A stretch of 64,000 bases of DNA from a virus. The DNA is taken from positions 64,001 through 128,000 of IMG/VR virus record IMGVR_UViG_3300030419_007436; one strand, 5' to 3'. The notes under the pieces were generated by a model. That model saw only the letters and a list, made by a program, of their open reading frames with translations. It was not told the origin of the DNA and searched no databases. How positions within the stretch are numbered: the stretch's first letter is position 1; every line of letters starts with the position of its first letter. Below are positions 37,088 through 45,186 of the stretch, piece by piece. The position numbers were made by a program, and so were the translations under genes.

Positions 37088-37116
37088 ATTATCTCAAATA
37101 TTGGGAGGTTTGTCAA
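37088..37116 (-). promoter_or_regulatory. Early promoter TTGACA-N17-GATAAT
   Basis: Same consensus. Confidence 0.8.
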
Positions 37117-37117
37117 G

Positions 37118-37279
37118 CTATTTCTTTGCTTTTTTTGCTTTTTTTGCTTTTTTTCGCCGTGGTTTTCCCCATGCGCTGATGGCTACATAATCTGGGCCAC
37201 GCTCATCTTTGGGAAGCAGCGTAACGCCATTTTCCTTAATAAAATCATTGATTTGTAGCAATTCTTCTTCTCTCGTCAT
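37118..37279 (-). CDS. Small protein with basic tail
   Basis: MTREEELLQINDFIKENGVT...KKAKKAKKAKK; AAGGAG RBS. Confidence 0.65.
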   Translation of the reverse strand: MTREEELLQINDFIKENGVTLLPKDERGPDYVAISAWGKPRRKKAKKAKKAKK

Positions 37280-37364
37280 TATTTTCTCCTTTTTATCGAC
37301 GATTCCTCGTTCCACACAAACAACACCAATCCCACGACTGGTATCAGTAGACCGAATAATTCCA

Positions 37365-37622
37365 TTAATCTTTTTTCTCGCACGCCATGCAGTGGCAACC
37401 GGGATTGGGACAGTTTTCTTTCATGCTGTCGCGCAACTCTGCTGACCACTCGAATGAATCTTTGAAGTCGTCCCATGTTTCGTCAAAGATGTCCGGTGCA
37501 TGCCGATAATCATCGACAAACTGGGTGATGACGTATTCTTCCAAGTCCTCGCGACTCCAACCGCTAAGAATTTTAGATGCTAGTTCATATCTATTATTAT
37601 CATTGTTGTCAGGATATGCCAT
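37365..37622 (-). CDS. Small hypothetical protein
   Basis: ORF track; coupled to the upstream VWA gene. Confidence 0.65.
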   Translation of the reverse strand: MAYPDNNDNNRYELASKILSGWSREDLEEYVITQFVDDYRHAPDIFDETWDDFKDSFEWSAELRDSMKENCPNPGCHCMACEKKD

Positions 37623-38836
37623 TAGTCTGTCCCCTCAATAGCCAAGACTCGTTCATTAGTTTTGAACCACGGGTGCCGTGCATAATATGCTGTAGTCATC
37701 CACATCCGTTGACACTTAGATGCTTTTGGCTTTGGTGCCATCATGTCAGTCAAGACAATATGCCCATCGAACCCATGCTTGTTCACATATGCAGTAGGAG
37801 CATCAAAGCAAGTTCCACCAGAGAGCACTCGCTCCCATTTTTTGTTCTCGCCTTTCTTCCAGTCGTAGACCTTATCTTCAAACACCTCTGTGTCGAACGG
37901 TACCACGGTAAACGAGGCCAGTTTAGCAAGTTTATTCAACTCGCCAAAGAACGCTGCAAGCATGCTATCGCTCACCGAACCTGATTGGTCAATGCTGATA
38001 GCAATGCGAGCCTGACGTGTTACTTTTTTGCCAGAGTGAATGTAGGCGTAGCGTTTGTTCAGTCGTTTGACCGTGCTGCGCTTAGATGCGCGCCGTGAGG
38101 TTTTGACGAAGTAGCGCAGAACCTTTTTCCAATCTACTTTGGTGGACAGCTTTTCAATAATTTCACGCTTCACCGATGCACTGACGCTGCCCCATCCACT
38201 TCCTTGTTGCGCTTCTTTCGCTGCCTCTTTGATATGCTCTTTGACGCGCTCTTTCGCAATCTCGCTGGTCGTGGTGTCTGTCTCACCCCACTCCTGATGG
38301 CTGTCTAAGCCATTGTCTTCTGGCAGCTTATTGTCATCACCCTCTTCGCCGCCGCCTTGACTCTCGCCGCCTTTGTCTTTTTGTTTTTCTTCTTCTCGCT
38401 TTTGTTTAATAAGCCTCAAATATGCTTCGGCAGACAGGCCCGACTCAAACTCAGCGAACGGACCTTTACCGGGAACACATGCGCTTTCAGGCAACCCACT
38501 GATGTGACTGTTGATTGAAAGGTCTGCCGCAATGTTCCAATCACGAGTCATGGCACCGTCAGGAAGACGGCTTGTCACGTGCTCGAAAATCAAGTGATAA
38601 AACTCGTGGATAAGAACAGCCTTGCGCTCTGCGTCAGTGAGTCCCTCAAAGAAATTGGGGTTATAGAACAACTCGTAGCGAGCCGTATCAGGATTAACAC
38701 GCACACCAGCAGTGGGTACGGCAGTGCTTACGCATTTTGTAATACGACGCGAAAGGGATGCAAAGAACGGCTCATCCATGAGTAGGCGAGCCGTGTGCAT
38801 GTTCAAATCAAAACTTTTGTTTTTCGTGTTTTCCAT
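37622..38836 (-). CDS. Metallopeptidase-like (HExxH) plus VWA-like domain protein (DUF2201 type)
   Basis: LIHEFYHL, WNIAADLSIN, SIDQSGSVS, GGTCF, LTD. Confidence 0.85.
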   Translation of the reverse strand: MENTKNKSFDLNMHTARLLMDEPFFASLSRRITKCVSTAVPTAGVRVNPDTARYELFYNPNFFEGLTDAERKAVLIHEFYHLIFEHVTSRLPDGAMTRDWNIAADLSINSHISGLPESACVPGKGPFAEFESGLSAEAYLRLIKQKREEEKQKDKGGESQGGGEEGDDNKLPEDNGLDSHQEWGETDTTTSEIAKERVKEHIKEAAKEAQQGSGWGSVSASVKREIIEKLSTKVDWKKVLRYFVKTSRRASKRSTVKRLNKRYAYIHSGKKVTRQARIAISIDQSGSVSDSMLAAFFGELNKLAKLASFTVVPFDTEVFEDKVYDWKKGENKKWERVLSGGTCFDAPTAYVNKHGFDGHIVLTDMMAPKPKASKCQRMWMTTAYYARHPWFKTNERVLAIEGTD

Positions 38837-38842
38837 GCTATA

Positions 38843-38871
38843 ATTATCTCACACGTGAACGAATTTGTCAA
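38843..38871 (-). promoter_or_regulatory. Early promoter TTGACA-N17-GATAAT
   Basis: Same consensus. Confidence 0.8.
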
Positions 38872-38883
38872 GAAAAAAGTGAA

Positions 38884-38910
38884 GCTCCACCCATTTTTTT
38901 TGGGTGGAGC
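38884..38910 (-). terminator. Intrinsic terminator hairpin after the AAA ATPase gene
   Basis: Perfect 10 bp stem GCTCCACCCA/TGGGTGGAGC followed by a T-rich tract. Confidence 0.75.
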
Positions 38911-38918
38911 GTGTTTTA

Positions 38919-40001
38919 TTAGTCTGTCTGGTTGCCAGTCAGAATTTCAACGATGTAAGAAGAAACCTTTGTGCCGTTGTTGGCAGTGGCACTATGAAGC
39001 CCAGTGGTGTTCTCCAGTACATCGCCTTTGCCCACCAAGGTCCACAGCTTCATGAACGCCTCGGACGGAAGGGTCACTGAATAGTTCGCCAAGTTTTGAA
39101 CTTGTTCCTTTGGAAGTACCGTGGCAAATGTGTCCTTTGCTTCCATCTTCTCGATGAGAGCACAGTGCTCATTCAAGTCAAAGTTGGTGGTAGCGTCCAC
39201 ATTACCTTCAACCAATACCTCTTCGACCGTCACGACTCGCTCATAATTCTTTACGAAGTCGTTGAAAGCCACCGCAGCCTCAAAACCAACAAAGGCTGTA
39301 GAAAGGTTGAAAAGAAGAGGCGAAGCCTCTTCCACTGCTTCTGCCTGCACCAAACAATCATTCAGGCGTTTCCATGAGCGACGAGAGGGATAAACCTTGT
39401 TTGGCTCGAAATCATCTTTGTGGTCAAGATGGTTGCGGTTCTGATTAACAAAATCCCAGACAATGCCATGCACGTTAGTTTTTGCCCAATCAAGCCAGTC
39501 TTCAACAGAAGGCTCAACATCGAAAACCGTGTAACGGTCAAGCTCCGCTGGGTCCATTTCATTGACCTGATATTGGTCCCCATGCTCTCCACCGTTCACA
39601 GCAGCAATAACAATAGTTTCCTCGTGCAGAACCCAGCCAGCAATTTTTCGGCTGTCGGTCAACTCAAAGATGCCCTGCCGTACCTCAGTTGTCGCACGGT
39701 CAACTTCATCCAAGAAGAGGACCACAGGCTCAGTACAAGCCTGAATTAGCCAAGAGAAAGGCCGGAAAACAGAAGCCTGTTCGCCATTGACTTCAACCAA
39801 CTCAGGCGAAGGCATACCTAACAAATCACCCTCGGTCATCTGAGATGCACGACGCTCCACGACAGGCAGACCCATGCTCTCGGCTACTTGATAAACAACC
39901 TCGGACTTGCCGACGCCGTGGCGACCACGGAGTAGGATGGGTTTGCGAACTGCGATGACGTGGGGTGCACAGGAAAGAAATGTTTTGAAGTCGATTGCCA
40001 T
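38919..40001 (-). CDS. MoxR-like AAA+ ATPase
   Basis: GRHGVGKS Walker A, LFLDEVDR Walker B, AAVN, MDPAELDR. Confidence 0.85.
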   Translation of the reverse strand: MAIDFKTFLSCAPHVIAVRKPILLRGRHGVGKSEVVYQVAESMGLPVVERRASQMTEGDLLGMPSPELVEVNGEQASVFRPFSWLIQACTEPVVLFLDEVDRATTEVRQGIFELTDSRKIAGWVLHEETIVIAAVNGGEHGDQYQVNEMDPAELDRYTVFDVEPSVEDWLDWAKTNVHGIVWDFVNQNRNHLDHKDDFEPNKVYPSRRSWKRLNDCLVQAEAVEEASPLLFNLSTAFVGFEAAVAFNDFVKNYERVVTVEEVLVEGNVDATTNFDLNEHCALIEKMEAKDTFATVLPKEQVQNLANYSVTLPSEAFMKLWTLVGKGDVLENTTGLHSATANNGTKVSSYIVEILTGNQTD

Positions 40002-40039
40002 GTTTTAAGCTCCTTTGTTTTCCGACCTTTCTGTATATA

Positions 40040-40068
40040 ATTATCTCACAAGGAAAGGAAATTGTCAA
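40040..40068 (-). promoter_or_regulatory. Early promoter TTGACA-N17-GATAAT
   Basis: Same consensus. Confidence 0.8.
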
Positions 40069-40094
40069 GTGTTTTTTTGTTTTTTTTTGTTTTT

Positions 40095-40730
40095 TTAGTC
40101 CAAATAATAGCGAGAAACATACCAGTGACCATTAGCCCTCTGAAGGTCATCAATTTCACTTAGGGTGCCTTTGTCACTGCTATCGAACCAGCCCTCTGGA
40201 ATTCCAAAATCAACCGCACTAGAAGAAACTGGCCCAACCACTGAGAGAATATCGTTTGCAGAGGTACAGTATCCACCGTCACCTGTTTTCATCATTCGAT
40301 AAAGAATAAAGTCGCGGTGGCCTCGATTTGGGAACTGTTCCAACAGAAACCCGTTGTCTACTCGAATCTTTTGCCACTGGATCCGTTCCACCATCGCTGT
40401 CGAATCGCCGTGATTCCAATGGGTTACAGTAAAAAGTGCGCCCGGTGCAAGGCCCTGTTCTTGAAGATAATTATAGACTTGTGCACGCATGCGTATATTC
40501 TTTATCATTAGCCCTTCGCGGTCTTGTTTCAAAGCTGGGCATGTCCTGCGAGTGTGGCCGGTTTCCTCACAATAACCACATTTTCGACCTCGACTCTTGC
40601 GCTGTTGGTCACGGCGTGCTTCATAGCTGTCAGGGTTTCTCTGAATGTACTCCTTTCTGTCGGGGCATCCGTTTTTGTTGTGTCCCGTCTTGTAACACCA
40701 ACTGCAAGTAACTGTATTGTTCCAACTCAA
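40095..40730 (-). CDS. Double CCHC zinc-knuckle protein
   Basis: CSWCYKTGHNKNGC and CGYCEETGHTRRTC. Confidence 0.75.
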   Translation of the reverse strand: MSWNNTVTCSWCYKTGHNKNGCPDRKEYIQRNPDSYEARRDQQRKSRGRKCGYCEETGHTRRTCPALKQDREGLMIKNIRMRAQVYNYLQEQGLAPGALFTVTHWNHGDSTAMVERIQWQKIRVDNGFLLEQFPNRGHRDFILYRMMKTGDGGYCTSANDILSVVGPVSSSAVDFGIPEGWFDSSDKGTLSEIDDLQRANGHWYVSRYYLD

Positions 40731-40760
40731 TGTTTTCTCCTTTTCATTAAGTCCATGTGT

Positions 40761-40789
40761 ATTATCTCAAATATTTAGTGATTTGTCAA
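40761..40789 (-). promoter_or_regulatory. Early promoter TTGACA-N17-GATAAT
   Basis: Same consensus. Confidence 0.8.
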
Positions 40790-40795
40790 GAAGTT

Positions 40796-41092
40796 TTATG
40801 CGCCAATGTGCGAAGTGTCAGCGGTCCAGTCCACTTTTTTGACTGGCTCGCTCTCATGCAACTGTGTGGGTTCAATGCTGAAAAACTCTGTTTCACCACT
40901 GATTTCGGTCCATGCTTGCCAAAGTTCAACATCGGTCAAATCGTTGCAACTATTATCACGCCAATCTTCTAAAGTTTCGCGCATGACACTAATGCACCAC
41001 TTTTTTGCACCTTCTCTTGTGGTATGCGCTGTGGTGTCCAGACCATGCTTGTGATCGTGCATTGCAAGAAAAATTGTTTTTGATTGTGGCAT
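40796..41092 (-). CDS. Hypothetical early protein
   Basis: Start MPQSKTIF with GGAG RBS. Confidence 0.65.
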   Translation of the reverse strand: MPQSKTIFLAMHDHKHGLDTTAHTTREGAKKWCISVMRETLEDWRDNSCNDLTDVELWQAWTEISGETEFFSIEPTQLHESEPVKKVDWTADTSHIGA

Positions 41093-41093
41093 A

Positions 41094-41219
41094 TTATTTA
41101 CACTCCAACACGTCGTATTTACCAGTGAAAATGTTTTTGTCAATGACGGCATCGAGATTGTGTTTTTCGATATAATTCACGGCGTCTGTTACGAAAAGAA
41201 ATGATGCTAGTGTTTTCAT
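41094..41219 (-). CDS. Small hypothetical early protein (41 aa)
   Basis: Manual translation; AAGGAG RBS below the promoter. Confidence 0.6.
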   Translation of the reverse strand: MKTLASFLFVTDAVNYIEKHNLDAVIDKNIFTGKYDVLECK

Positions 41220-41249
41220 TTTGGCTCCTTTGCCATCGTTTCTATAAGT

Positions 41250-41278
41250 ATTATCTCAAATTTTAAGGGAATTGTCAA
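41250..41278 (-). promoter_or_regulatory. Early promoter TTGACA-N17-GATAAT
   Basis: Same consensus. Confidence 0.8.
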
Positions 41279-41298
41279 GAAGTTTTTTCACTTTTTTG

Positions 41299-41958
41299 CT
41301 AAAAAGGCACGTCGCTGTAAGTCTTTGTTTTCCGTTTCTTTTTAGAATTGGGCTTACATTTTTTGATTTGACGTTCTTCAAAGACAAGAGGCATCGCGTC
41401 CCCATATGGCAAAACCTTATACTGCTTGCCGCCTTTCGCAGCCGAAACCACCTCGCTCAGTATTTCAAGCACCAAACAGGGTGTACCATCCAGCCGACGA
41501 TTGGCGTATTCTAGCGCAGGTCCGCGGAGTACAACAGTCGAACCAACGGCGTAGAGAGGAGTCGCATGGAAAGTCTCCAGCACCTTTACGGCGTACTTGT
41601 TTTCACACATTTTTTTGTACGCTTGGCGAGTAGGAACAAATTCAGGATTTTCCAGCACTTTCATGGCCAAGCCAGTGAAATAGCCAGCATTTTTGTAATA
41701 GTGCGCGACAACGAGTGCCGACTCTCTGTATTGAGATTTGTAAAGTTGTGTCCAAGATTTAGCATCTTCAATAGCCTCTGGTGTGCATTTCACTTCGGAC
41801 TTAGAAAAAATGTCAAGCTGCTTTTGAGACAAAGAGCCGCGGCGCGAAACCTGTTCTTGGATAGACTCCAAAAAACCTTTTTCCCAGTCGCTCAAAAGCG
41901 AACACTCAGCGTCTGTGTCTATGACATTTTGAATGCGAGCTAAAAGTTGTTCTTTCAA
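41299..41958 (-). CDS. Hypothetical early protein
   Basis: 219 aa; LSDWEKGFLESI...LSQKQ. Confidence 0.75.
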   Translation of the reverse strand: MKEQLLARIQNVIDTDAECSLLSDWEKGFLESIQEQVSRRGSLSQKQLDIFSKSEVKCTPEAIEDAKSWTQLYKSQYRESALVVAHYYKNAGYFTGLAMKVLENPEFVPTRQAYKKMCENKYAVKVLETFHATPLYAVGSTVVLRGPALEYANRRLDGTPCLVLEILSEVVSAAKGGKQYKVLPYGDAMPLVFEERQIKKCKPNSKKKRKTKTYSDVPF

Positions 41959-41987
41959 TGTGACGTTTCTCCATCGTGTTATAAGTA

Positions 41988-42016
41988 ATTATCCCACACA
42001 GTAAAGAAAAAGTCAA
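41988..42016 (-). promoter_or_regulatory. Early promoter variant TTGACT-N17-GATAAT
   Basis: One mismatch in -35. Confidence 0.7.
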
Positions 42017-42042
42017 GAGAAAAATGAAAAAAAATGAAAAAA

Positions 42043-42231
42043 TTATGCCGGGGAGATAACCTCAATAAATTCTCTACCCATTGGTGCTCTGTATCCTGTC
42101 AGTGGGCCGTTCAAGGATACCAGTGTCACGCAGTTTGGAAGCTCCGTTCCGCAGCTATGGGCGGTGAGCATCGCTATGATATAGACCCCTTTCCTTACGG
42201 GAAGTACCGTCACCAAATCACCGACTTGCAC
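42043..42231 (-). CDS. GDLV-family cassette protein
   Basis: MQVGDLVTVL...IEVISPA. Confidence 0.75.
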   Translation of the reverse strand: MQVGDLVTVLPVRKGVYIIAMLTAHSCGTELPNCVTLVSLNGPLTGYRAPMGREFIEVISPA

Positions 42232-42397
42232 TGATTACCTCCAAGTTGTCGCGATGATACCAGTACGGCGCTTTATCGCGCTCAAGGGGAAATACGACTC
42301 CTATGAACGCACCCACATCAATTACAATTCCCATACCCTTCTTTTTCCACTGTGGGCCAAGATTCGCTCCATACCTCACTAAATCACCGACTTGCAC
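42218..42397 (-). CDS. GDLV-family cassette protein (59 aa)
   Basis: Manual translation MQVGDLVRYG...LEVISASR. Confidence 0.8.
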   Translation of the reverse strand: MQVGDLVRYGANLGPQWKKKGMGIVIDVGAFIGVVFPLERDKAPYWYHRDNLEVISASR

Positions 42398-42557
42398 TGA
42401 TTAGCTCCAAATTGCGCCGCTGAAACCACATGCTGTAGTCGGCACCGTTAAGCAGTGCGCGGATAGGGCCAATCGGGCGATTGTCCACTTCAGTTACAAT
42501 TCCGTAATAAGCGCCACCATTTCCCCCAACATATTTAACTAAATCACCGACTTCCAT
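42384..42557 (-). CDS. GDLV-family cassette protein
   Basis: MEVGDLVKYV...LELISASR; start corrected to 42557. Confidence 0.8.
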   Translation of the reverse strand: MEVGDLVKYVGGNGGAYYGIVTEVDNRPIGPIRALLNGADYSMWFQRRNLELISASR

Positions 42558-42619
42558 TGATTGCCTCAAAAATAAAAATATTCTCACGTGTGTGTCTACA
42601 AAAATAAAAATAAATAAAA

Positions 42620-42735
42620 TATAGGCTGCGTGCGCTGTCTTCACCGTCGCTCGCTAGACTCCTTTCCACTGGCTCTTGGCCTATCCTTCAGGAGAGTCAT
42701 TGAAGGTCTGTGTTATCATGTAAACACAGCCTATA
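42620..42735 (-). ncRNA. Candidate structured RNA or leader element (116 nt)
   Basis: GC-rich island in AT-rich intergenic DNA; 9 bp terminal inverted repeat plus two internal hairpins. Confidence 0.35.
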
Positions 42736-42861
42736 AAAAAAAATATTACTTACGTCGTCACATCATCTTAGCACCTCCAAAAAAATACTCACTGTTGTTA
42801 TTAGAACAAAAAAAAATAATCTTGTCAACAAAAAAAAATAAAAATACTTCAAATAAAAATA

Positions 42862-43068
42862 TTAAACTCTTGAAACTAATTTTAATTCGGACGCGGGAGT
42901 CCAATCGACGCCATAGTGACCATCTTGGCTGCTGAACCAGCATACCTTCACTTGACCTAGTTTCCTATTATCATCCTTTTCTATTATAACCCCCAACCAC
43001 AAGGGCATTTGTGCCGAAGTATTTTTTGAATAGGTGGGCACCCATGAAACAATATCTCCTAACTCCAT
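42862..43068 (-). CDS. GDLV-family protein
   Basis: MELGDIVSW...GVI...VKVCW...LKLVSRV. Confidence 0.7.
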   Translation of the reverse strand: MELGDIVSWVPTYSKNTSAQMPLWLGVIIEKDDNRKLGQVKVCWFSSQDGHYGVDWTPASELKLVSRV

Positions 43069-43087
43069 GAAATAAATATATATTTAA

Positions 43088-43684
43088 TCAAAAAATATCT
43101 TCATATGAAACAACGTTGACCAAATCAGCCATGTTGCTTGTATATTTTCCAACCAAGTCGGTGCGATTTCTTTCCTGAGCCTCTGCAATGTCCCATTTCA
43201 GTTGTTTGAAGGCCAGTTCGGCATTAATTAGATATTCAAATGTAGTTGTAATTGTGTTGATTATTGCCGTAGTTATGGAGCGTGATTGTGAAGAAAAATA
43301 TATTCTCTTTTTCTGTCGATTGATAAGGGCTACTTTTATTTCAACCGGTGCATCAGTGGGTCTTACCTTAAAGCTGCTAAACTTCACCTCCATTGAAAAG
43401 TCTTCAAACTGAAGGTGTCTTAAAGAAAAAAAATCTTTACAAAAAACAGATAACATAGAATTAAAAAGAGCATCTACCATTCCAACTCCAGACCCCTCAA
43501 TCTGTAAGTTGCCCCAATTATTAGAGAAAGCTAACATACACACCACAGTTGTTGTGTCTTTCTCTGCGCTCTCTGAAAGAGTAAAATCTTCAACTGACAA
43601 TTTTATATATTTTTCACCCAGAGTCTCACAAACAATCTTGTGGCACTTCTTTTGAAAAAGTTCTTGAGGAAATGAATTTATCAT
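43088..43684 (-). CDS. Hypothetical protein, possibly related to the LeuA regulatory-domain fold
   Basis: GSGVGMVDALFNSM resembles the GxGPVDAL motif; weak. Confidence 0.4.
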   Translation of the reverse strand: MINSFPQELFQKKCHKIVCETLGEKYIKLSVEDFTLSESAEKDTTTVVCMLAFSNNWGNLQIEGSGVGMVDALFNSMLSVFCKDFFSLRHLQFEDFSMEVKFSSFKVRPTDAPVEIKVALINRQKKRIYFSSQSRSITTAIINTITTTFEYLINAELAFKQLKWDIAEAQERNRTDLVGKYTSNMADLVNVVSYEDIF

Positions 43685-44315
43685 CTGTATTAATTAGTTT
43701 ATTGGGACGCCCTACCACATATAATTTATAAACTAAGTAATAAATTAATGCTGCTAACATCATACCAGAAAACACATCTACTATAAAGTGTTGTTTCAGA
43801 GTAAGGGTAGAAATAGACACCAGAGTGGCCCAAACTATGTAGGCATACTTCATTAAAGGATTTTTTCGTATATACTCTGAAAGTGATACAAAAAATACTA
43901 GCAGCCAAGCAAATGTCACGTGCCCAGACGGGAAGGTGTTGTGGGGTCCGTCAATAGCATGTGTAAGGTTTACGAGCCACCCTGATGTCGTAGAGGTATC
44001 TGCAATTGCTTCACGAGGATAAAAAGATGGGAATAGTACATAAAATAAGCACATTATCGCCCCTGAAGATATTATTGCAAATATCAGCCCCAAAAATACA
44101 TTCCTTTTTTTAAACAAAAGGGTGCCTGTAAAAAAGATGACTGGAATTATGGTGTGATATATCCAAATGAATTGGGGAATAAAAGGAATTTGAGTATCCA
44201 CACTTGTCAACAAATCGTACTGACTTGCCCCGATTAATGATTGAATCAAAAAATATAATGCCATATAAGGAAAAAACGCGAAAAAAAGATACCGAGCTTT
44301 AACCTTTGTTGACAT
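43626..44315 (-). CDS. PAP2/AUR1-like membrane phosphatase or phosphotransferase
   Basis: Multi-pass; NTFPSGHV and STLTLKQHFIVD. Confidence 0.8.
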   Translation of the reverse strand: MSTKVKARYLFFAFFPYMALYFLIQSLIGASQYDLLTSVDTQIPFIPQFIWIYHTIIPVIFFTGTLLFKKRNVFLGLIFAIISSGAIMCLFYVLFPSFYPREAIADTSTTSGWLVNLTHAIDGPHNTFPSGHVTFAWLLVFFVSLSEYIRKNPLMKYAYIVWATLVSISTLTLKQHFIVDVFSGMMLAALIYYLVYKLYVVGRPNKLINTDDKFISSRTFSKEVPQDCL

Positions 44316-44447
44316 TCAGGCAGTCCTCCACATGCACTTATCCATTTAAAGAAAGTAAAAACAAAATTTAGGGGAAAGCGTGAAAAAAAATTCGCGCCTC
44401 TATAAATACATATAATTACAAAACAAAAAAAGAAAAAAATGTGTGAA

Positions 44448-44693
44448 TTATTTGAAAACTTTTTCTCTTGCAGTTTTAAAAAGCTGGGGTAAAAAGGACT
44501 TTTTTAGTTGAAGGAGCCTTTCAAACTTGGCTTTCTCGCGGGCACTGGTGTAGAGCGCAGTTGGTTTGCGAATTTCACCATCTATCACCTGATCGTTAAA
44601 ATCATAGAACTTTGATTTGACGTTTTTTTTAGGGGGCGCTGCGCTCGCCGTCAGCGAAAAAATAAAAATAGTTAGAGCTAAAAATAATTTCAT
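44448..44693 (-). CDS. Secreted protein resembling myxobacterial CglF/GltF
   Basis: Signal peptide, then YDFNDQVIDGEIRKP...FERLLQLKKSFLPQL..TA. Confidence 0.55.
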   Translation of the reverse strand: MKLFLALTIFIFSLTASAAPPKKNVKSKFYDFNDQVIDGEIRKPTALYTSAREKAKFERLLQLKKSFLPQLFKTAREKVFK

Positions 44694-45163
44694 TTGGTTC
44701 TCCTAGTATTAAATAGTTTGTCCGGCCACTCAACGGTCACTCCATAGTTTGCGTCCTGATTTTTTCCAGTGTGATGTTCGTAGTGCCAAGGAATATTTTT
44801 TTTAGCCCAAGCAACATCCAAGTGGGCGCGCCTATGATAATAAAAATATCTACCCGTATAAAACAATAAACCAATGAAGAAATATGGAGCAACAAAAAAG
44901 AACGGTACATGAGCAGCCACAAGGAGTGTCAAAAATAATATCTCTTTTTTTACGCTGGGAGGGGGAGGAAATTTCCTATAATCTTCATCAAAATTATCAT
45001 TTTTTCTGCATGTCTTGTGGTGAGAGTGCCAGTGGAAAGAAAAAATACTTTTTTTATTCTTTCCGAGGCCGTGCAAAATATATTTGTGTAAGAACCATTC
45101 CAAAAGGCCACTATAAATATATGCAACCATAAATGAAATAAAAATAAAGGAAAATTCAGGCAC
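44690..45163 (-). CDS. Fatty-acid hydroxylase/sterol desaturase superfamily membrane protein
   Basis: His boxes HKYILH, HWHSHH, HRRAH, YEHH; NYGV. Confidence 0.75.
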   Translation of the reverse strand: MPEFSFIFISFMVAYIYSGLLEWFLHKYILHGLGKNKKSIFSFHWHSHHKTCRKNDNFDEDYRKFPPPPSVKKEILFLTLLVAAHVPFFFVAPYFFIGLLFYTGRYFYYHRRAHLDVAWAKKNIPWHYEHHTGKNQDANYGVTVEWPDKLFNTRRTK

Positions 45164-45186
45164 GCAATAAATAGTTTTTTAAAAAA

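Larger units (their letters stand above)
42210..42567 (-). repeat. Sub-array 4: three junction copies
   Basis: Copies at about 42210-42243, 42377-42410 and 42537-42567. Confidence 0.85.

Noticed and set aside
41115-41145. TTGACA promoter-like site
   Set aside because: It lies inside the 41094..41219 ORF and lacks the GATAAT block.
33164-42567. CRISPR array interpretation of the junction repeats
   Set aside because: Spacers are 120-150 bp open reading frames, the repeats are degenerate and dual-coding, and no cas genes are present.
33164-42567. Integron attC sites or a diversity-generating retroelement
   Set aside because: No GTT/AAC-bounded hairpins, integrase, reverse transcriptase or adenine-specific template/variable pair is visible in this window.
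42758-42943. 61 aa Phe-rich ORF
   Set aside because: It overlaps the GDLV gene 42862..43068 and runs through T-rich promoter-like DNA, so it is probably spurious.
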